DNA of 64,000 nucleotides, taken from assembly GCA_963740315.1 (NCBI GenBank), contig CAVUDP010000002.1, positions 3,264,001 through 3,328,000 of the forward strand, given 5' to 3'. Origin of the DNA: an uncultured cyanobacterium. GTDB taxonomy: Bacteria; Cyanobacteriota; Cyanobacteriia; Cyanobacteriales; Nostocaceae. A model generated the notes under the pieces. The model worked only from the letters and a program-made list of their open reading frames with translations. It made no database searches and was not told where the DNA came from. Positions 36,870 to 47,978 of this stretch are shown in pieces (position 1 is the first letter of the stretch; every line of letters begins with the position of its first letter). The translations under genes and the position numbers were made by a program.

Positions 36870-39467
36870 GTGACTGTTGCAGTAGATAAATTAATTACGT
36901 CAGATATTTCAAAACCATCCCGTTACCTGGGTAACGAGCTTTTAGCAAAACGTAAACCTTGGGATACGGCGACGATACGCTGGGTGTTAACTTATCCAGA
37001 AGTATATGAAGTTGGTGCTTCCAATTTAGGGCATATCATTCTTTACAATATATTGAATGTTCAGCCTCGTCAGTTGTGCGATCGCGCTTATCTACCGGGT
37101 GCGGATTTAATAGCAAAATTAAGAGCGACTCAAACACCTTTGTTTGCGGTAGAGTCAAAGCGAAGTTTGATTGATTTCGATATTTTGGGTTTTAGCCTCA
37201 GTTACGAGTTAGGGGCTACCAACATTTTGGAAATGTTGGATTTGGCTGGCATTCCTAAAACATGGGAAGAAAGATTGGTAGGAGATTATCCCCTAATATT
37301 TGCGGGGGGACAAACTGCTACATCCAACCCGGAACCTTATGCTGATTTCTTCGATTTCATCGCTCTTGGAGATGGTGAAGAACTATTGCCAGAAATTGGT
37401 TTAGTTTTAGAAGAAGGTAAAAAAGCCAAGTTAAGCCGTCAGGAATTATTGCTGGATTTGGCACAGGTACCCGGCGTATACGTACCGCAGTTTTATGACA
37501 TGGCTGCTGACGGTTCGGTTCATCCCAACCGTGCGGATGTGCCGTCTCGGATTATACGACGGGTTGCTAGTCCCATACCGGCTTATTCTATCGGATTGGT
37601 TCCTTATGCGGAAACGGTACACGATCGTTTGACGATTGAGATTCGACGCGGTTGTACCAGAGGCTGTAGGTTCTGTCAACCAGGAATGTTAACTCGTCCG
37701 GCGCGAGATGTAGAACCCGATAAAGTTGTGGAAACAATAAGTTCGGGAATGCGCCAAACTGGTTACAATGAATTTTCTTTGTTATCGCTTTCCTGTTCCG
37801 ATTATTTAGCTTTGAGTTCGGTAGGGATGGAAATAAAAAATCGTCTCAAAAACGAAAACATTTCCCTTTCTCTACCCAGCCAGCGAGTAGATAGATTTGA
37901 TGAAAATATCGCGAATATTTTGGGTGGAAGGCGGCAGAGTGGATTGACTTTTGCTCCAGAAGCTGGTACTCAGAGGATGCGAGATATTGTCAATAAGGGT
38001 TTGACCAATGAAGAATTACTTAGGGGGGTAAAAACAGCTTGGGAACAAGGATGGGACAAAGTAAAGCTATATTTTATGATTGGCTTGCCCGGTGAAACTG
38101 ATGTTGATGTATTAGGCATCGCTCAAACGGTAAGCTGGCTGAAGCGGGAATGTTGGGCAAAAGGTAAAAAACCTTTGAACTTTAACTTAACAATTTCCAA
38201 CTTTACACCCAAACCTCATACACCATTTCAGTGGCACTCAGTTTCTACCGCTGAGTTTAAACGCAAGCAAGAACTATTGCGGCAAGAATTTCGTCGGATA
38301 CGTGGAGTCAAAGTTAATTTCACCGACGTGCGGATTTCGGCGATGGAAGATTTCGTCGGCAGGGGAGACAGAACTCTCGCCCCAGTGCTACGTCGTGCTT
38401 GGGAATTAGGTGCAGGAATGGATTCCTGGTTCGATAATTTAGATAAAGCTTTTGCAGCTTGGGAGCAGGCAATTGCCGAAGCCTCTTTAGAGTGGAAGTA
38501 TCGCCGGGTGCTTTGTGGCGAGTGGAATGTGATGTCCGTTAGTAGCGCCCCAGAGCGCCTCGACGATCCACTGCCTTGGGACCATATAGATACCGGAATT
38601 GAGAGAAAGTGGCTCAAAGAAGATTTACAACGCGCAATGGAAGCCGCCACCGTTCCCGATTGTTCCTTTGACGGTTGTTCTCATTGTGGCGTTTGCGGTA
38701 CCGATTTTGGTCATAATGTGATAGTTCCGCCGCCACCTATTCCGGAATTTACTGGTAATTTTGTTCCCAATACTACCAAGGCTCTACGATTGCGAGTATG
38801 GTTTGGGAAACAAGATGATATGGCATTAGTCGGTCATTTAGATTTAATGAGAGTTTTTGACCGAGCCGTGCGGCGAGCGGGATTACCAGTATCGTTTAGC
38901 GGCGGGTATAATCCACAACCCAGGATATCAATAGCAAATGCTTTAACCTTGGGAGCTACTAGCAGCAATGAAATTGTAGATTTTGAACTAACGCGCATAA
39001 TCGATCTTGATACTTTCCGAAACGATTTGAGTAAAGCTTTACCCGCAGGCATACCTATATATGATGTAGTACTCTTAGATGCAAAAGCCCAAAGTGCATC
39101 TCAATTACTCGAAACTGCTGAGTATTTGATTACTGTAAGCTGTAATAGCCAAACTACTCCATCTCAATGGCTTTCTTGGGTTAATGCGATCGAAGCTAAA
39201 GAAGAAATTTGGGTACAGTACAAAACCAAAAAAGGTAAAATCAAAAATGTAAATCTGCGCGAACGTTTGTTTGAGTTAGAGTTTATTGAGACAGTTCCGG
39301 TCGAACTGAATTCGAGTAGTGCTGCTAACTTAAGGTATGTAGGAGCTTGTCGCAATGATGGTACGATGTTGCGTGCCGAACAAATTCCATTTATGCTTGA
39401 ACTTGTAACGAAAACAGAATTTGAACTGCTGCACATACATCGGAGCAAGCTAATTTTGACGGTTTAA
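36870..39467 (+). CDS. TIGR03960-type radical SAM protein fused to a TIGR03936-type domain
   Basis: KPSRYLGNE and RRGCTRGCRFC; C-terminal GHLDLMRVFDRAVRRA domain. Confidence 0.9.
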   Translation: MTVAVDKLITSDISKPSRYLGNELLAKRKPWDTATIRWVLTYPEVYEVGASNLGHIILYNILNVQPRQLCDRAYLPGADLIAKLRATQTPLFAVESKRSLIDFDILGFSLSYELGATNILEMLDLAGIPKTWEERLVGDYPLIFAGGQTATSNPEPYADFFDFIALGDGEELLPEIGLVLEEGKKAKLSRQELLLDLAQVPGVYVPQFYDMAADGSVHPNRADVPSRIIRRVASPIPAYSIGLVPYAETVHDRLTIEIRRGCTRGCRFCQPGMLTRPARDVEPDKVVETISSGMRQTGYNEFSLLSLSCSDYLALSSVGMEIKNRLKNENISLSLPSQRVDRFDENIANILGGRRQSGLTFAPEAGTQRMRDIVNKGLTNEELLRGVKTAWEQGWDKVKLYFMIGLPGETDVDVLGIAQTVSWLKRECWAKGKKPLNFNLTISNFTPKPHTPFQWHSVSTAEFKRKQELLRQEFRRIRGVKVNFTDVRISAMEDFVGRGDRTLAPVLRRAWELGAGMDSWFDNLDKAFAAWEQAIAEASLEWKYRRVLCGEWNVMSVSSAPERLDDPLPWDHIDTGIERKWLKEDLQRAMEAATVPDCSFDGCSHCGVCGTDFGHNVIVPPPPIPEFTGNFVPNTTKALRLRVWFGKQDDMALVGHLDLMRVFDRAVRRAGLPVSFSGGYNPQPRISIANALTLGATSSNEIVDFELTRIIDLDTFRNDLSKALPAGIPIYDVVLLDAKAQSASQLLETAEYLITVSCNSQTTPSQWLSWVNAIEAKEEIWVQYKTKKGKIKNVNLRERLFELEFIETVPVELNSSSAANLRYVGACRNDGTMLRAEQIPFMLELVTKTEFELLHIHRSKLILTV

Positions 39468-40051
39468 TAATTTGAGGGCAATTATAGTTGTAAAATAGCC
39501 CTCGAATTAAACATCAATTTGGAATTGATTTTTTACGACCTTGCGTTAGAATTAGATGAAGAGAAATTTTCTGGCGCTGCAAAGGAACTAGCTGATTCAC
39601 TAACCGCTCTGTACGTGGCGAAGACCGCTTTCTATATTAGAGTCTTGACGCTGGGATATTTTCCTGGATAAAGCATCGGTAGATCGAAGAACGTTATCTC
39701 GGTCATTGTTTATGGCTATAAATGTGAATCAGTAATTTTTGTACCAGCTTAGTCCAATCTCTTCTCCCGAATTTTATGATTTATAAGGCAACTGCCTCTA
39801 CCCAACGTCTTTATTGGTGAGGGGGAAGGCATCAAAAATTCACCACGAACGCGCAATTTAATTAAAAAAATATGCAACCGTTGTGGAATCCGAAAGGCGT
39901 ATAAACGCAATCGCAATTGTTTATAGCTCGTGTTTATTTGAGCTTTGTAAGTGCAATTTTATTACAGCAGCGTCTTGCAGGGGTAAGGTAGGGTAGATTG
40001 AATCATAACCCCTCCCCGAATATTTGAGCTGCCAATTTTTGAGGAAATTGA

Positions 40052-42157
40052 ATGCCGAAACAAATTATCATCGCCGAACAGCATCAGATTGCTGCGGTGT
40101 TTTCTGAAGATCAGATACAGGAACTTGTCGTAGCTACTGGTCATCACCAAATTGGTGATATTTACTTAGGAGTAGTAGAAAATGTATTGCCTGGAATAGA
40201 TGCAGCCTTTGTAAATATTGGCGATCCGGAGCGGAATGGTTTTATTCATGTAACCGATCTCGGACCATTAAGGTTAAGACGTTCGTCAGCGGCAATCACG
40301 GAATTATTAGCACCACAGCAAAAGGTTTTGGTGCAAGTAATGAAAGAGCCGACGGGTACGAAAGGACCCAGGCTCACGGGTAACATTACCTTACCGGGAC
40401 GCTACGTAGTATTAATGCCTTATGGGAGAGGCGTGAATTTATCCCGCAGGATAAGGAACGAAAACGAACGCAACCGTTTACGAGCCTTAGCAATATTGAT
40501 AAAACCGGCGGGAATGGGTTTATTAATCCGTACCGAAGCAGAAGGTAAACCGGAAGAAGCAATTATCGAAGATTTAGAATTTTTGCAAAAGCAATGGGAG
40601 TCAGTTGGCGAACAAGCCCAAACTAGCCGTGCCCCAGCTTTGCTCAACCGAGACGATGACTTTATTCAGCGCGTTTTGCGGGATATGTACGGTGCCGATG
40701 TCAATCGGATTGTAGTAGACTCCAGTACTGGCTTAAAGCGAGTAAAGCAATATTTACAGAATTGGAGCGGTGGACAGGTACCCCAAGGTTTATTAATTGA
40801 CCACCACCGCGATCGCACTGCTATTTTAGAATATTTCCGGATTAATGCCGCGGTTAAGGAAGCTCTGAAACCAAGAGTAGATTTACCTTCTGGCGGTTAT
40901 ATTATTATTCAGCCCACGGAAGCATTAACGGTAATAGATGTCAACTCCGGTTCGTTTACCCGTTCGGCAACAGCCAGAGAAACCGTACTGTGGACAAACT
41001 GCGAAGCCGCAACCGAAATAGCCCGTCAGATGCGTTTGCGTAATATTGCGGGAGTAATTGTTGTTGATTTCATTGATATGGAATCGCGGCGGGACCAGTT
41101 ACAGGTTCTCGAACACTTTAATAAGTCTTTGAAAGCAGACAAAGCTCGTCCCCAAATAGCTCAATTAACCGAATTAGGTTTAGTAGAACTTACTCGTAAG
41201 CGTCAAGGTCAAAATATTTACGAGCTGTTTGGAGAAACTTGTCCTACCTGTGGTGGTTTGGGACATATCGTACATTTACCGGGGGAAAACGAATCCCGAA
41301 TTACACCACAACCAGCAGAAATACCGGAGCGTGTAATACCTTTACCCCAAAAAGAACCGCGTTTGTCTGCTCCTCGTTTAAGCTCCCCAGCCGAAACAGC
41401 AGATGAATTCGTAGAGTCAGGGGACGAAGGAGAGGCAGAATTTGCAAACTTAAACCTGTTAAATCATCCCAGCTATCAAGAATTGGGCAGCGATCCTAAT
41501 AAACGTCGCCGCCGCCGCCGTTTGGGGATTAATGGAGGGAATGGCAAAGATGAACCACGGATTAATGGGAATCCGTTGACCTTAGTTAATGATGAATTGG
41601 ACACCGATTCAGAAGCCGAACCGGAGTTGACAAGAAAGTCCGATACCCCATCAAGCTTGACTAAAGGATGGAGCGATAGACCAGAACGTAGTAGAACTAG
41701 AGTCGTCGAATCAGTTAAAGGAGTGCTGGAACCACCAGAAATTGTTTCAGTGGAAATGACTCATGAGGAACAGGATGTTTACGCCTTAATGGGTGTTACA
41801 CCTTTGAAGAAGTTGGAGAAAGATTTCAAAAACGAAAAATCTGTAATCATTAATGTGGTTCCACCCGGTGAAGATGAAGCAAGCGTTGAGGAATCATACT
41901 CGCTGACTCCGATTCCAAAAAAGCTGAAAATAGACAATGAAGTTATAGTTGAAGAGGAAATAGAAGAAGAACAAGAAGATATATTTGAAGAGCAAGAGGA
42001 AATAGAAGAAGAACAAGAAACACAAGAAGAAAAAGAGAAAATAGAAGTAGAAATTGTTGAAACAAATAAAATAATAGATGAAAGCGAAACACAAACCCAA
42101 ACAGCAGACAGACGTCGCCGTCGCCGTCGCTCTTCGGTAGAAGCACCTTCCAACTAA
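40052..42157 (+). CDS. rne: Ribonuclease E
   Basis: S1 domain, VIDVNSG, IVVDFIDM, CPTCGG zinc link and Arg-rich C-terminal motifs. Confidence 0.97.
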   Translation: MPKQIIIAEQHQIAAVFSEDQIQELVVATGHHQIGDIYLGVVENVLPGIDAAFVNIGDPERNGFIHVTDLGPLRLRRSSAAITELLAPQQKVLVQVMKEPTGTKGPRLTGNITLPGRYVVLMPYGRGVNLSRRIRNENERNRLRALAILIKPAGMGLLIRTEAEGKPEEAIIEDLEFLQKQWESVGEQAQTSRAPALLNRDDDFIQRVLRDMYGADVNRIVVDSSTGLKRVKQYLQNWSGGQVPQGLLIDHHRDRTAILEYFRINAAVKEALKPRVDLPSGGYIIIQPTEALTVIDVNSGSFTRSATARETVLWTNCEAATEIARQMRLRNIAGVIVVDFIDMESRRDQLQVLEHFNKSLKADKARPQIAQLTELGLVELTRKRQGQNIYELFGETCPTCGGLGHIVHLPGENESRITPQPAEIPERVIPLPQKEPRLSAPRLSSPAETADEFVESGDEGEAEFANLNLLNHPSYQELGSDPNKRRRRRRLGINGGNGKDEPRINGNPLTLVNDELDTDSEAEPELTRKSDTPSSLTKGWSDRPERSRTRVVESVKGVLEPPEIVSVEMTHEEQDVYALMGVTPLKKLEKDFKNEKSVIINVVPPGEDEASVEESYSLTPIPKKLKIDNEVIVEEEIEEEQEDIFEEQEEIEEEQETQEEKEKIEVEIVETNKIIDESETQTQTADRRRRRRRSSVEAPSN

Positions 42158-42175
42158 GATTAAATCATCTGTTTT

Positions 42176-42850
42176 ATGGTAGAAATTGGGCAAGCTATCA
42201 CCGAAATCGACAAGCCAACACTCCCTTTTAAGCAAAATTGGCTGGAATTTTCTACGCATTGCAATACTGACATCTTGATTGCAGGCGTAGATGAAGTAGG
42301 GAGAGGTGCTTTGTTTGGTCCTGTGGTAGCAGCAGCAGTTATTCTACCAGATATTAATAGTTTGCCCCCACTCCTCACCACCAAGATTAAAGATAGTAAA
42401 AAGCTATCAGAACATCGAAGAACTCAGTTAGCGAATCTAATTTTTGATATTGCAATAGACTGGAAAATCGGTTTTGCAACTACGGCTGAAATAGACTCTT
42501 TTAATATCTTGCAAGCATCACTTTTAGCAATGAAGCGGGCTGTTCTGAAATTAAAGGTACAGCCTGCACTTTGTTTAATTGATGGAAATCAACCGATAAA
42601 AAACTTTTCACTACCCCAACAAACAATAGTTAAAGGGGATTCTCTTTCACTGACGATAGCTTCTGCTAGCATCGTTGCTAAAGTTTGGCGAGATCGACTG
42701 ATAATTAGGTTTGCAAGTAAGTATCCAATGTATAATTTAGAACGTAATAAGGGTTATGGTAGTCCAAAACATTTATTAGCACTGCAAAATTACGGCACCT
42801 CACGTTTGCATCGTAAATCTTTTCGTCCCTGTCAAATTGGAGAAAAGTGA
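42176..42850 (+). CDS. rnhB: Ribonuclease HII
   Basis: AGVDEVGRG, DSKKL, ASIVAKV and HRKSF motifs; directly downstream of rne. Confidence 0.97.
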   Translation: MVEIGQAITEIDKPTLPFKQNWLEFSTHCNTDILIAGVDEVGRGALFGPVVAAAVILPDINSLPPLLTTKIKDSKKLSEHRRTQLANLIFDIAIDWKIGFATTAEIDSFNILQASLLAMKRAVLKLKVQPALCLIDGNQPIKNFSLPQQTIVKGDSLSLTIASASIVAKVWRDRLIIRFASKYPMYNLERNKGYGSPKHLLALQNYGTSRLHRKSFRPCQIGEK

Positions 42851-42931
42851 AATTATTATAAGATTTCACCGTTCTTCCTCCGCTTCTCTGCTTTCAGTTG
42901 TAGTGCCAAAATCAAACAGTATTAAGCTTTT

Positions 42932-43519
42932 TTATTCGGGCTTGAAAACGTTAAAATCATTACTATCTGAGTCAAGGTAGCTATGTGAAGTTTGCAATTC
43001 AACCCAACGTCGATAATCAACTAGCAGTTGACGTAACAATCTTTGCTTTATTGTTAGCAATACACTTTTAAGCAAGCCGTTACCAGTAGTTTCTAATATT
43101 GATTTAGGAGTGAAACTGAAAGGTGGCGGCAATTCGACCATTACTTCTAAATTAGCTATACCTTTAAGCTGAGTATTTCCATCTTTTTCATAACTCGATA
43201 AATTACCTTTTAAATCAAGTTGAAAACGTCAATCAATGTATTCTATACCACGAATTTCGCAGCTTACTGATTCTAAATGAATCGTTCCATTTGCTTCTGC
43301 CCATACTCTCATGTCTACAATTGGTTGAATACTTAATGATATAAAAGTTAAAGGGCGCATTTTTAAACGAAAAATTTCCGTGCTTAACTGTTCAATCCGG
43401 CTAGAATCGACTAACGCATTAACAAGACGTTGGGGTTGCCGTAAGTAATGCCTAATTGGAATAGGCTGATATGGAACGGGAATTTCTACAGATTGGCAGG
43501 CTTTAAATTTAGTAGCCAT
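42932..43519 (-). pseudogene. DUF1997-family gene interrupted by one in-frame TGA
   Basis: The two track ORFs are in the same frame: ...IEYID*RFQLDLKGNL...LEVMVELPPP, with the TGA at 43231-43229. Confidence 0.8.
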
Positions 43520-43759
43520 AGTTAAGCGACAGGAATATGTCGATAGTTATATTTTTTTTAAGTATAGATTTTTATTTTGTAGAAAACTTATACTCTTTTA
43601 GATTATAAGAATTATTGTTACTTTATAGTATCTATTTTAGGTAATAAAATTGGTATTCTGTAAGTATCTTAAGACTTAAGAAGATAATAGTCCTAAATAA
43701 TCATTTTCTAGTATCAAGGTACATGAGTGATATAGTCTCAAAACTAAAGGTATATAAAT

Positions 43760-44632
43760 ATGATATCGATCGCACATTTGGGACCTTCGGGTACTTATAC
43801 AGAACAAGCAGCCTTATATTATGTTAGTTGGCTAACTAAAGCTACTAATACAGAAGCTTACTTATGTCCTTATTCAAGCATTTTTCAAACACTTTGTTCT
43901 GTAGCTAAAGGTGAAGCAGATTTGGCGGTAGTGCCTGTAGAAAATTCTATTCAAGGAGGAGTTACCGTTACCTTAGATACAATATGGCAATTGGAAAACT
44001 TGCAAATTCAGTTAGCTTTAGTTATGCCTATTACTCACGCATTAATTTCCTGTTGCCAAGACTTAGATAATATTGATACCGTATACTCTCATCCGCAAGC
44101 ATTGGCTCAATGTCAAAAATGGTTAGAAACTTTTCTTCCTCAAGCACAATTAATTTCGACTAATTCCACAACAGAAGCACTGCAAAAATTAAAAAATGTT
44201 GAAGCTGCGGCAGCCATTTCACCACATAGAGCCGCGCAACTATATAATTTACCCGTACTTGCAAATGGTATTAGCGATTACCCGGAAAATTTTACCCGCT
44301 TTTGGGTAATTAGTCAGCCTGGTAACAACCCAAATCATCAAACATTAGCAGCGACTGCTTTTTATACTTCATTAGCATTTAGCGCACCTGCAAATTTACC
44401 GGGTGCATTAGTTAAACCATTACAAGTTTTTGCGGAGCAAAATATTAACCTCAGCAGGATTGAATCGCGTCCAACAAAACGTTCTTTAGGAGAATATTTG
44501 TTTTTTATAGATTTAGAGGCAGATGTTTCTTCTACAAAAATGCAATCTGCTTTAGCTAAATTATCTCATCACACGGAAATTCTCAAAATTTTTGGTAGTT
44601 ACAATATTTTACCAACAGAATCACTATCTTAA
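43760..44632 (+). CDS. pheA: Prephenate dehydratase
   Basis: LGPSGTYTE, VPVENS, SHPQALAQC, NFTRF and an ACT domain (NLSRIESRP). Confidence 0.96.
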   Translation: MISIAHLGPSGTYTEQAALYYVSWLTKATNTEAYLCPYSSIFQTLCSVAKGEADLAVVPVENSIQGGVTVTLDTIWQLENLQIQLALVMPITHALISCCQDLDNIDTVYSHPQALAQCQKWLETFLPQAQLISTNSTTEALQKLKNVEAAAAISPHRAAQLYNLPVLANGISDYPENFTRFWVISQPGNNPNHQTLAATAFYTSLAFSAPANLPGALVKPLQVFAEQNINLSRIESRPTKRSLGEYLFFIDLEADVSSTKMQSALAKLSHHTEILKIFGSYNILPTESLS

Positions 44633-45260
44633 AAATAGCAATAAGCATGAAGATATATCGGCTATAGATGTAAAAAAGTTCATGCAAATTAAATAGTCGT
44701 ATAAAAGGGTGCGGGAAATAGGGAAAGAATAGATCGAGAAGACGATATCAGTTTATGAATATGTGAGATCGTTTTGAAACCTGGTTTTGAGAACGATCCA
44801 AGGAATTAATATTAAAAACTGGCAACTGTTAATTAAACAATAAGAATAATCAAAAATACTAGAAATTCATAACTCTAAAGTAGGAAATATAATTAACCAC
44901 TCCGAGTTGCGATATATGAAGACTAATTTACCAACTTAAAAGTTGTATATTTCAAACATAGAAGTATTTAAAACTTATATTTTGCACCATTCGAGTGTTG
45001 CCTCTATAAACTCAGTTTCTGATAGTAAAAACACGATCGATCAACCGCACGCGATCGCCGCACAAGCGCGGTGAACGCATGAATAATTCGTTGTGAGACG
45101 AGCAAGTAACCGGGAATAGGAATAGTGGTGTGAAATTTAAATAAAAATTACAAAGTTGATACCTCAAACTTAATTTAAACAAAACTTTTAAGTTTCAACA
45201 CAGTCTATTTAATTAGTAGTTAATAAGCGATCGCTAATAATTAATCATTAATTAAAACTT

Positions 45261-45908
45261 TTAATTTAATGTATCTTTAAGAACAGTACGAGCGGCTAAA
45301 TGATTGCGAGTTGATGTTAAAATTTCTGCTTCTCGTTCTAAACGGGCAGCAGTATTTTGCATTTCTAACAATGATTGTTGCTCTGGGGCAACACGATACA
45401 GGTTGCTTGCGACCCAATAAGATAATTCTTTAGGTAATGCTGGTAAATCCTGTGGTAGTTCGATGTTTTGCTCGGTTAATTTAGCACTCAGCCGCACAAC
45501 GTCACGTAATAATTGTTCTACCTCAGATGCTTCCTGTCGTAAATCTAAGGACGGTTCTTCGTCATCAATCCATTCAACTAACCCAACAAAATAAGGCTTT
45601 TCGCGAACGTACTCTAATACACGAAACCTTTGCTGCCCTAAAGTTAGCATTTTCATTCGGTCATCTTTTAAGCGTTGATGATGAATAATTTCCGCACAGC
45701 AGCCAACATTAGCAACCGTACCCTTTGCTGGGTCAACCATCAATACCCCGAACCTGCGATCGCTATCTAAAATCGTGTTCATCATGATTCGGTAGCGAAA
45801 TTCAAAAATATGTAGGGGTAACGGTCTGGTAGGAAATAGAACTACATCCGGTAAAGGGAACAGAGGTAATTCGCGAACTGCAATTCTAGAGGAGGATGTC
45901 ATATTCAC
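45261..45908 (-). CDS. LON peptidase N-terminal substrate-binding domain protein
   Basis: ELPLFPL...LPLHIFEFRYRIM. Confidence 0.9.
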   Translation of the reverse strand: MNMTSSSRIAVRELPLFPLPDVVLFPTRPLPLHIFEFRYRIMMNTILDSDRRFGVLMVDPAKGTVANVGCCAEIIHHQRLKDDRMKMLTLGQQRFRVLEYVREKPYFVGLVEWIDDEEPSLDLRQEASEVEQLLRDVVRLSAKLTEQNIELPQDLPALPKELSYWVASNLYRVAPEQQSLLEMQNTAARLEREAEILTSTRNHLAARTVLKDTLN

Positions 45909-46045
45909 CGTTATTTATACTGGTATTAATAATAAAAGTATTTCTTTATGGAAAAACCTATATTTTCTTTATATTTTATCTCAAAGTCGTTTTCAGGCGA
46001 ATAAAAACCCCTTAGAAATTTTTTCTAAGAGGATTTAATCTCTAT

Positions 46046-46169
46046 TAGGGACTTCCAAATTAGAATTCATATTAGGTAGTGCGAGCATCAAATCGCTATA
46101 TATTTTAAGCGAGCTATCAAGGCTTACACTACCTTTTGTGAGATAAATTATTTTTTTGGAGGTTCCTTA
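46046..46169. mobile_element. Degenerate MITE with an internal REP-like palindrome
   Basis: Imperfect terminal inverted repeats TAGGGACTTCCAAA / TTTGGAGGTTCCTTA; inner GTAGTGCGAGC...TTACACTAC. Confidence 0.6.
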
Positions 46170-46230
46170 GCACTGGAGTATATTTTTTTGTTTGTTATTT
46201 TTCGTTGACTATTAATCGAAAAACTACCAA

Positions 46231-46548
46231 TTAAAGCTTAACTTCAATATCTACACCAGATGGTAAATCAAGTTTCATCAAAGCATCAATGGTTTTAGAG
46301 GAAGGCTGATAGATGTCGATAATGCGTCGATGGGTACGGGTTTCAAAGTGTTCCCGTGAATCTTTATCTACATGAGGCGAACGCAGTACGCAGTAAATAC
46401 GACGTTTTGTCGGTAAAGGTATCGGACCAATCGCTGTTGCATTAGTACGGTTAGCAGTATCAACTATTTTTTCACAAGATGTATCGAGTAAGCGACGGTC
46501 AAAAGCTTTTAAACGAATTCTAATTTTTTGCTGCTGTAAAGTAGCCAT
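46231..46548 (-). CDS. rpsJ: 30S ribosomal protein S10
   Basis: [10 protein letters not shown]...GPIPLPT...[14 protein letters not shown]. Confidence 0.99.
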   Translation of the reverse strand: MATLQQQKIRIRLKAFDRRLLDTSCEKIVDTANRTNATAIGPIPLPTKRRIYCVLRSPHVDKDSREHFETRTHRRIIDIYQPSSKTIDALMKLDLPSGVDIEVKL

Positions 46549-46726
46549 TTGTTAAGTTTTCCTGGTTCTGATTGTTTGTACGAGGGAGGCATGGAATTAG
46601 AAGTTAAGTCAAAACCAAAAAATAGTTTGATAATTTTGACTGTTTCTCTTTCCAACCAAAGACAGTGAAAAAGCAGAGAGGCATTATACCATCTCTGCTC
46701 GTAGTAATGGTGAATTACGCCGTTTA

Positions 46727-47956
46727 CTACTTAACGATTTTAGAAACTACGCCAGCACCAATGGTACGACCACCTTCACGAATTGCAAAGCGCATTCCTT
46801 GTTCGATCGCAATTGGGCTGATCAATTCTACATTCATCTTGATACGATCCCCAGGCATTACCATTTCCGCTTCGCTACCATCATCGGCGGTGAAGGATTT
46901 AATTGAGCCAGTTACATCGGTAGTACGCACGTAGAATTGAGGACGATAACCGGAAAAGAATGGGGTTTTGCGACCACCTTCTTTTTCTGTTAAAACGTAT
47001 ACTTCACCTTCAAATTCGGTATGAGGAGTAATGCTACCGGGCTTTGCGAGTACCATGCCACGCTCGATATCCTCTTTTTGCATACCGCGTAGTAGTACTC
47101 CGGCGTTATCTCCAGCCATACCTTCGTCGAGACTCTTCTTAAACATCTCGATCCCAGTTACGGTGGTGGCGCGAGTATTTCTGATCCCAACCAGTTCAAC
47201 TTGGTCGCCAACTTTAACTTTTCCGCGCTCGATTCTACCAGTTGCAACAGTACCGCGACCTGTAATCGAGAATACATCTTCCACCGCCATCAAGAACGGC
47301 TTATCTACAGCACGTTCGGGGGTAGGAATAAAAGCATCTACCTGTTCCATCAATTCGTAGATTTTATCTATCCACTCGTCTTCCCCTTTCTTCATGGTGG
47401 GGTTTGCAATCATTTTTTCCAATGCTTTCAAACCAGAACCTATAACTACAGGAATGTCATCGCCGGGGAAATCGTAGTCGCTAAGAAGTTCGCGGACTTC
47501 CAATTCCACCAACTCCAGTAATTCATCATCATCCACCATGTCTTGCTTGTTCAAGAAAACAACTAGACTAGGTACGCCAACCTGCTTAGCTAAGAGGATG
47601 TGTTCGCGAGTTTGAGGCATTGGACCGTCAGCAGCAGACACTACGAGAATAGCACCGTCCATTTGGGCTGCACCAGTGATCATGTTTTTCACATAGTCAG
47701 CGTGTCCGGGACAGTCTACGTGAGCGTAATGACGAGCTTCAGTTTCGTATTCAACGTGGGAAGTATTAATGGTAATACCCCGCGCCTTTTCTTCAGGTGC
47801 GTTGTCAATATCATCGTACTTCTTCGCCGCAGACTGACCCATGGCGGATAAAGTCATGGTGATGGCTGCTGTCAACGTGGTTTTACCGTGGTCAACGTGG
47901 CCAATAGTACCGATATTAACGTGTGGTTTATTTCTTTCAAATTTTGCGCGTGCCAT
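46727..47956 (-). CDS. tuf: Elongation factor Tu
   Basis: MARAKFER start at 47956; [14 protein letters not shown] and NKQD motifs. Confidence 0.99.
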   Translation of the reverse strand: MARAKFERNKPHVNIGTIGHVDHGKTTLTAAITMTLSAMGQSAAKKYDDIDNAPEEKARGITINTSHVEYETEARHYAHVDCPGHADYVKNMITGAAQMDGAILVVSAADGPMPQTREHILLAKQVGVPSLVVFLNKQDMVDDDELLELVELEVRELLSDYDFPGDDIPVVIGSGLKALEKMIANPTMKKGEDEWIDKIYELMEQVDAFIPTPERAVDKPFLMAVEDVFSITGRGTVATGRIERGKVKVGDQVELVGIRNTRATTVTGIEMFKKSLDEGMAGDNAGVLLRGMQKEDIERGMVLAKPGSITPHTEFEGEVYVLTEKEGGRKTPFFSGYRPQFYVRTTDVTGSIKSFTADDGSEAEMVMPGDRIKMNVELISPIAIEQGMRFAIREGGRTIGAGVVSKIVK

Positions 47957-47978
47957 GTATACTCGTTTCCTTTTATAA

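Noticed and set aside
41779..42384. Antisense ORFs over rne/rnhB and similar short shadow ORFs over tuf, fusA, glsF and devB
   Set aside because: Low-complexity or codon-mirror products of well-supported genes on the opposite strand or in another frame.
43229..43231. Selenocysteine or read-through TGA
   Set aside because: The context is not a Cys/redox motif and no SECIS-like hairpin is evident downstream.
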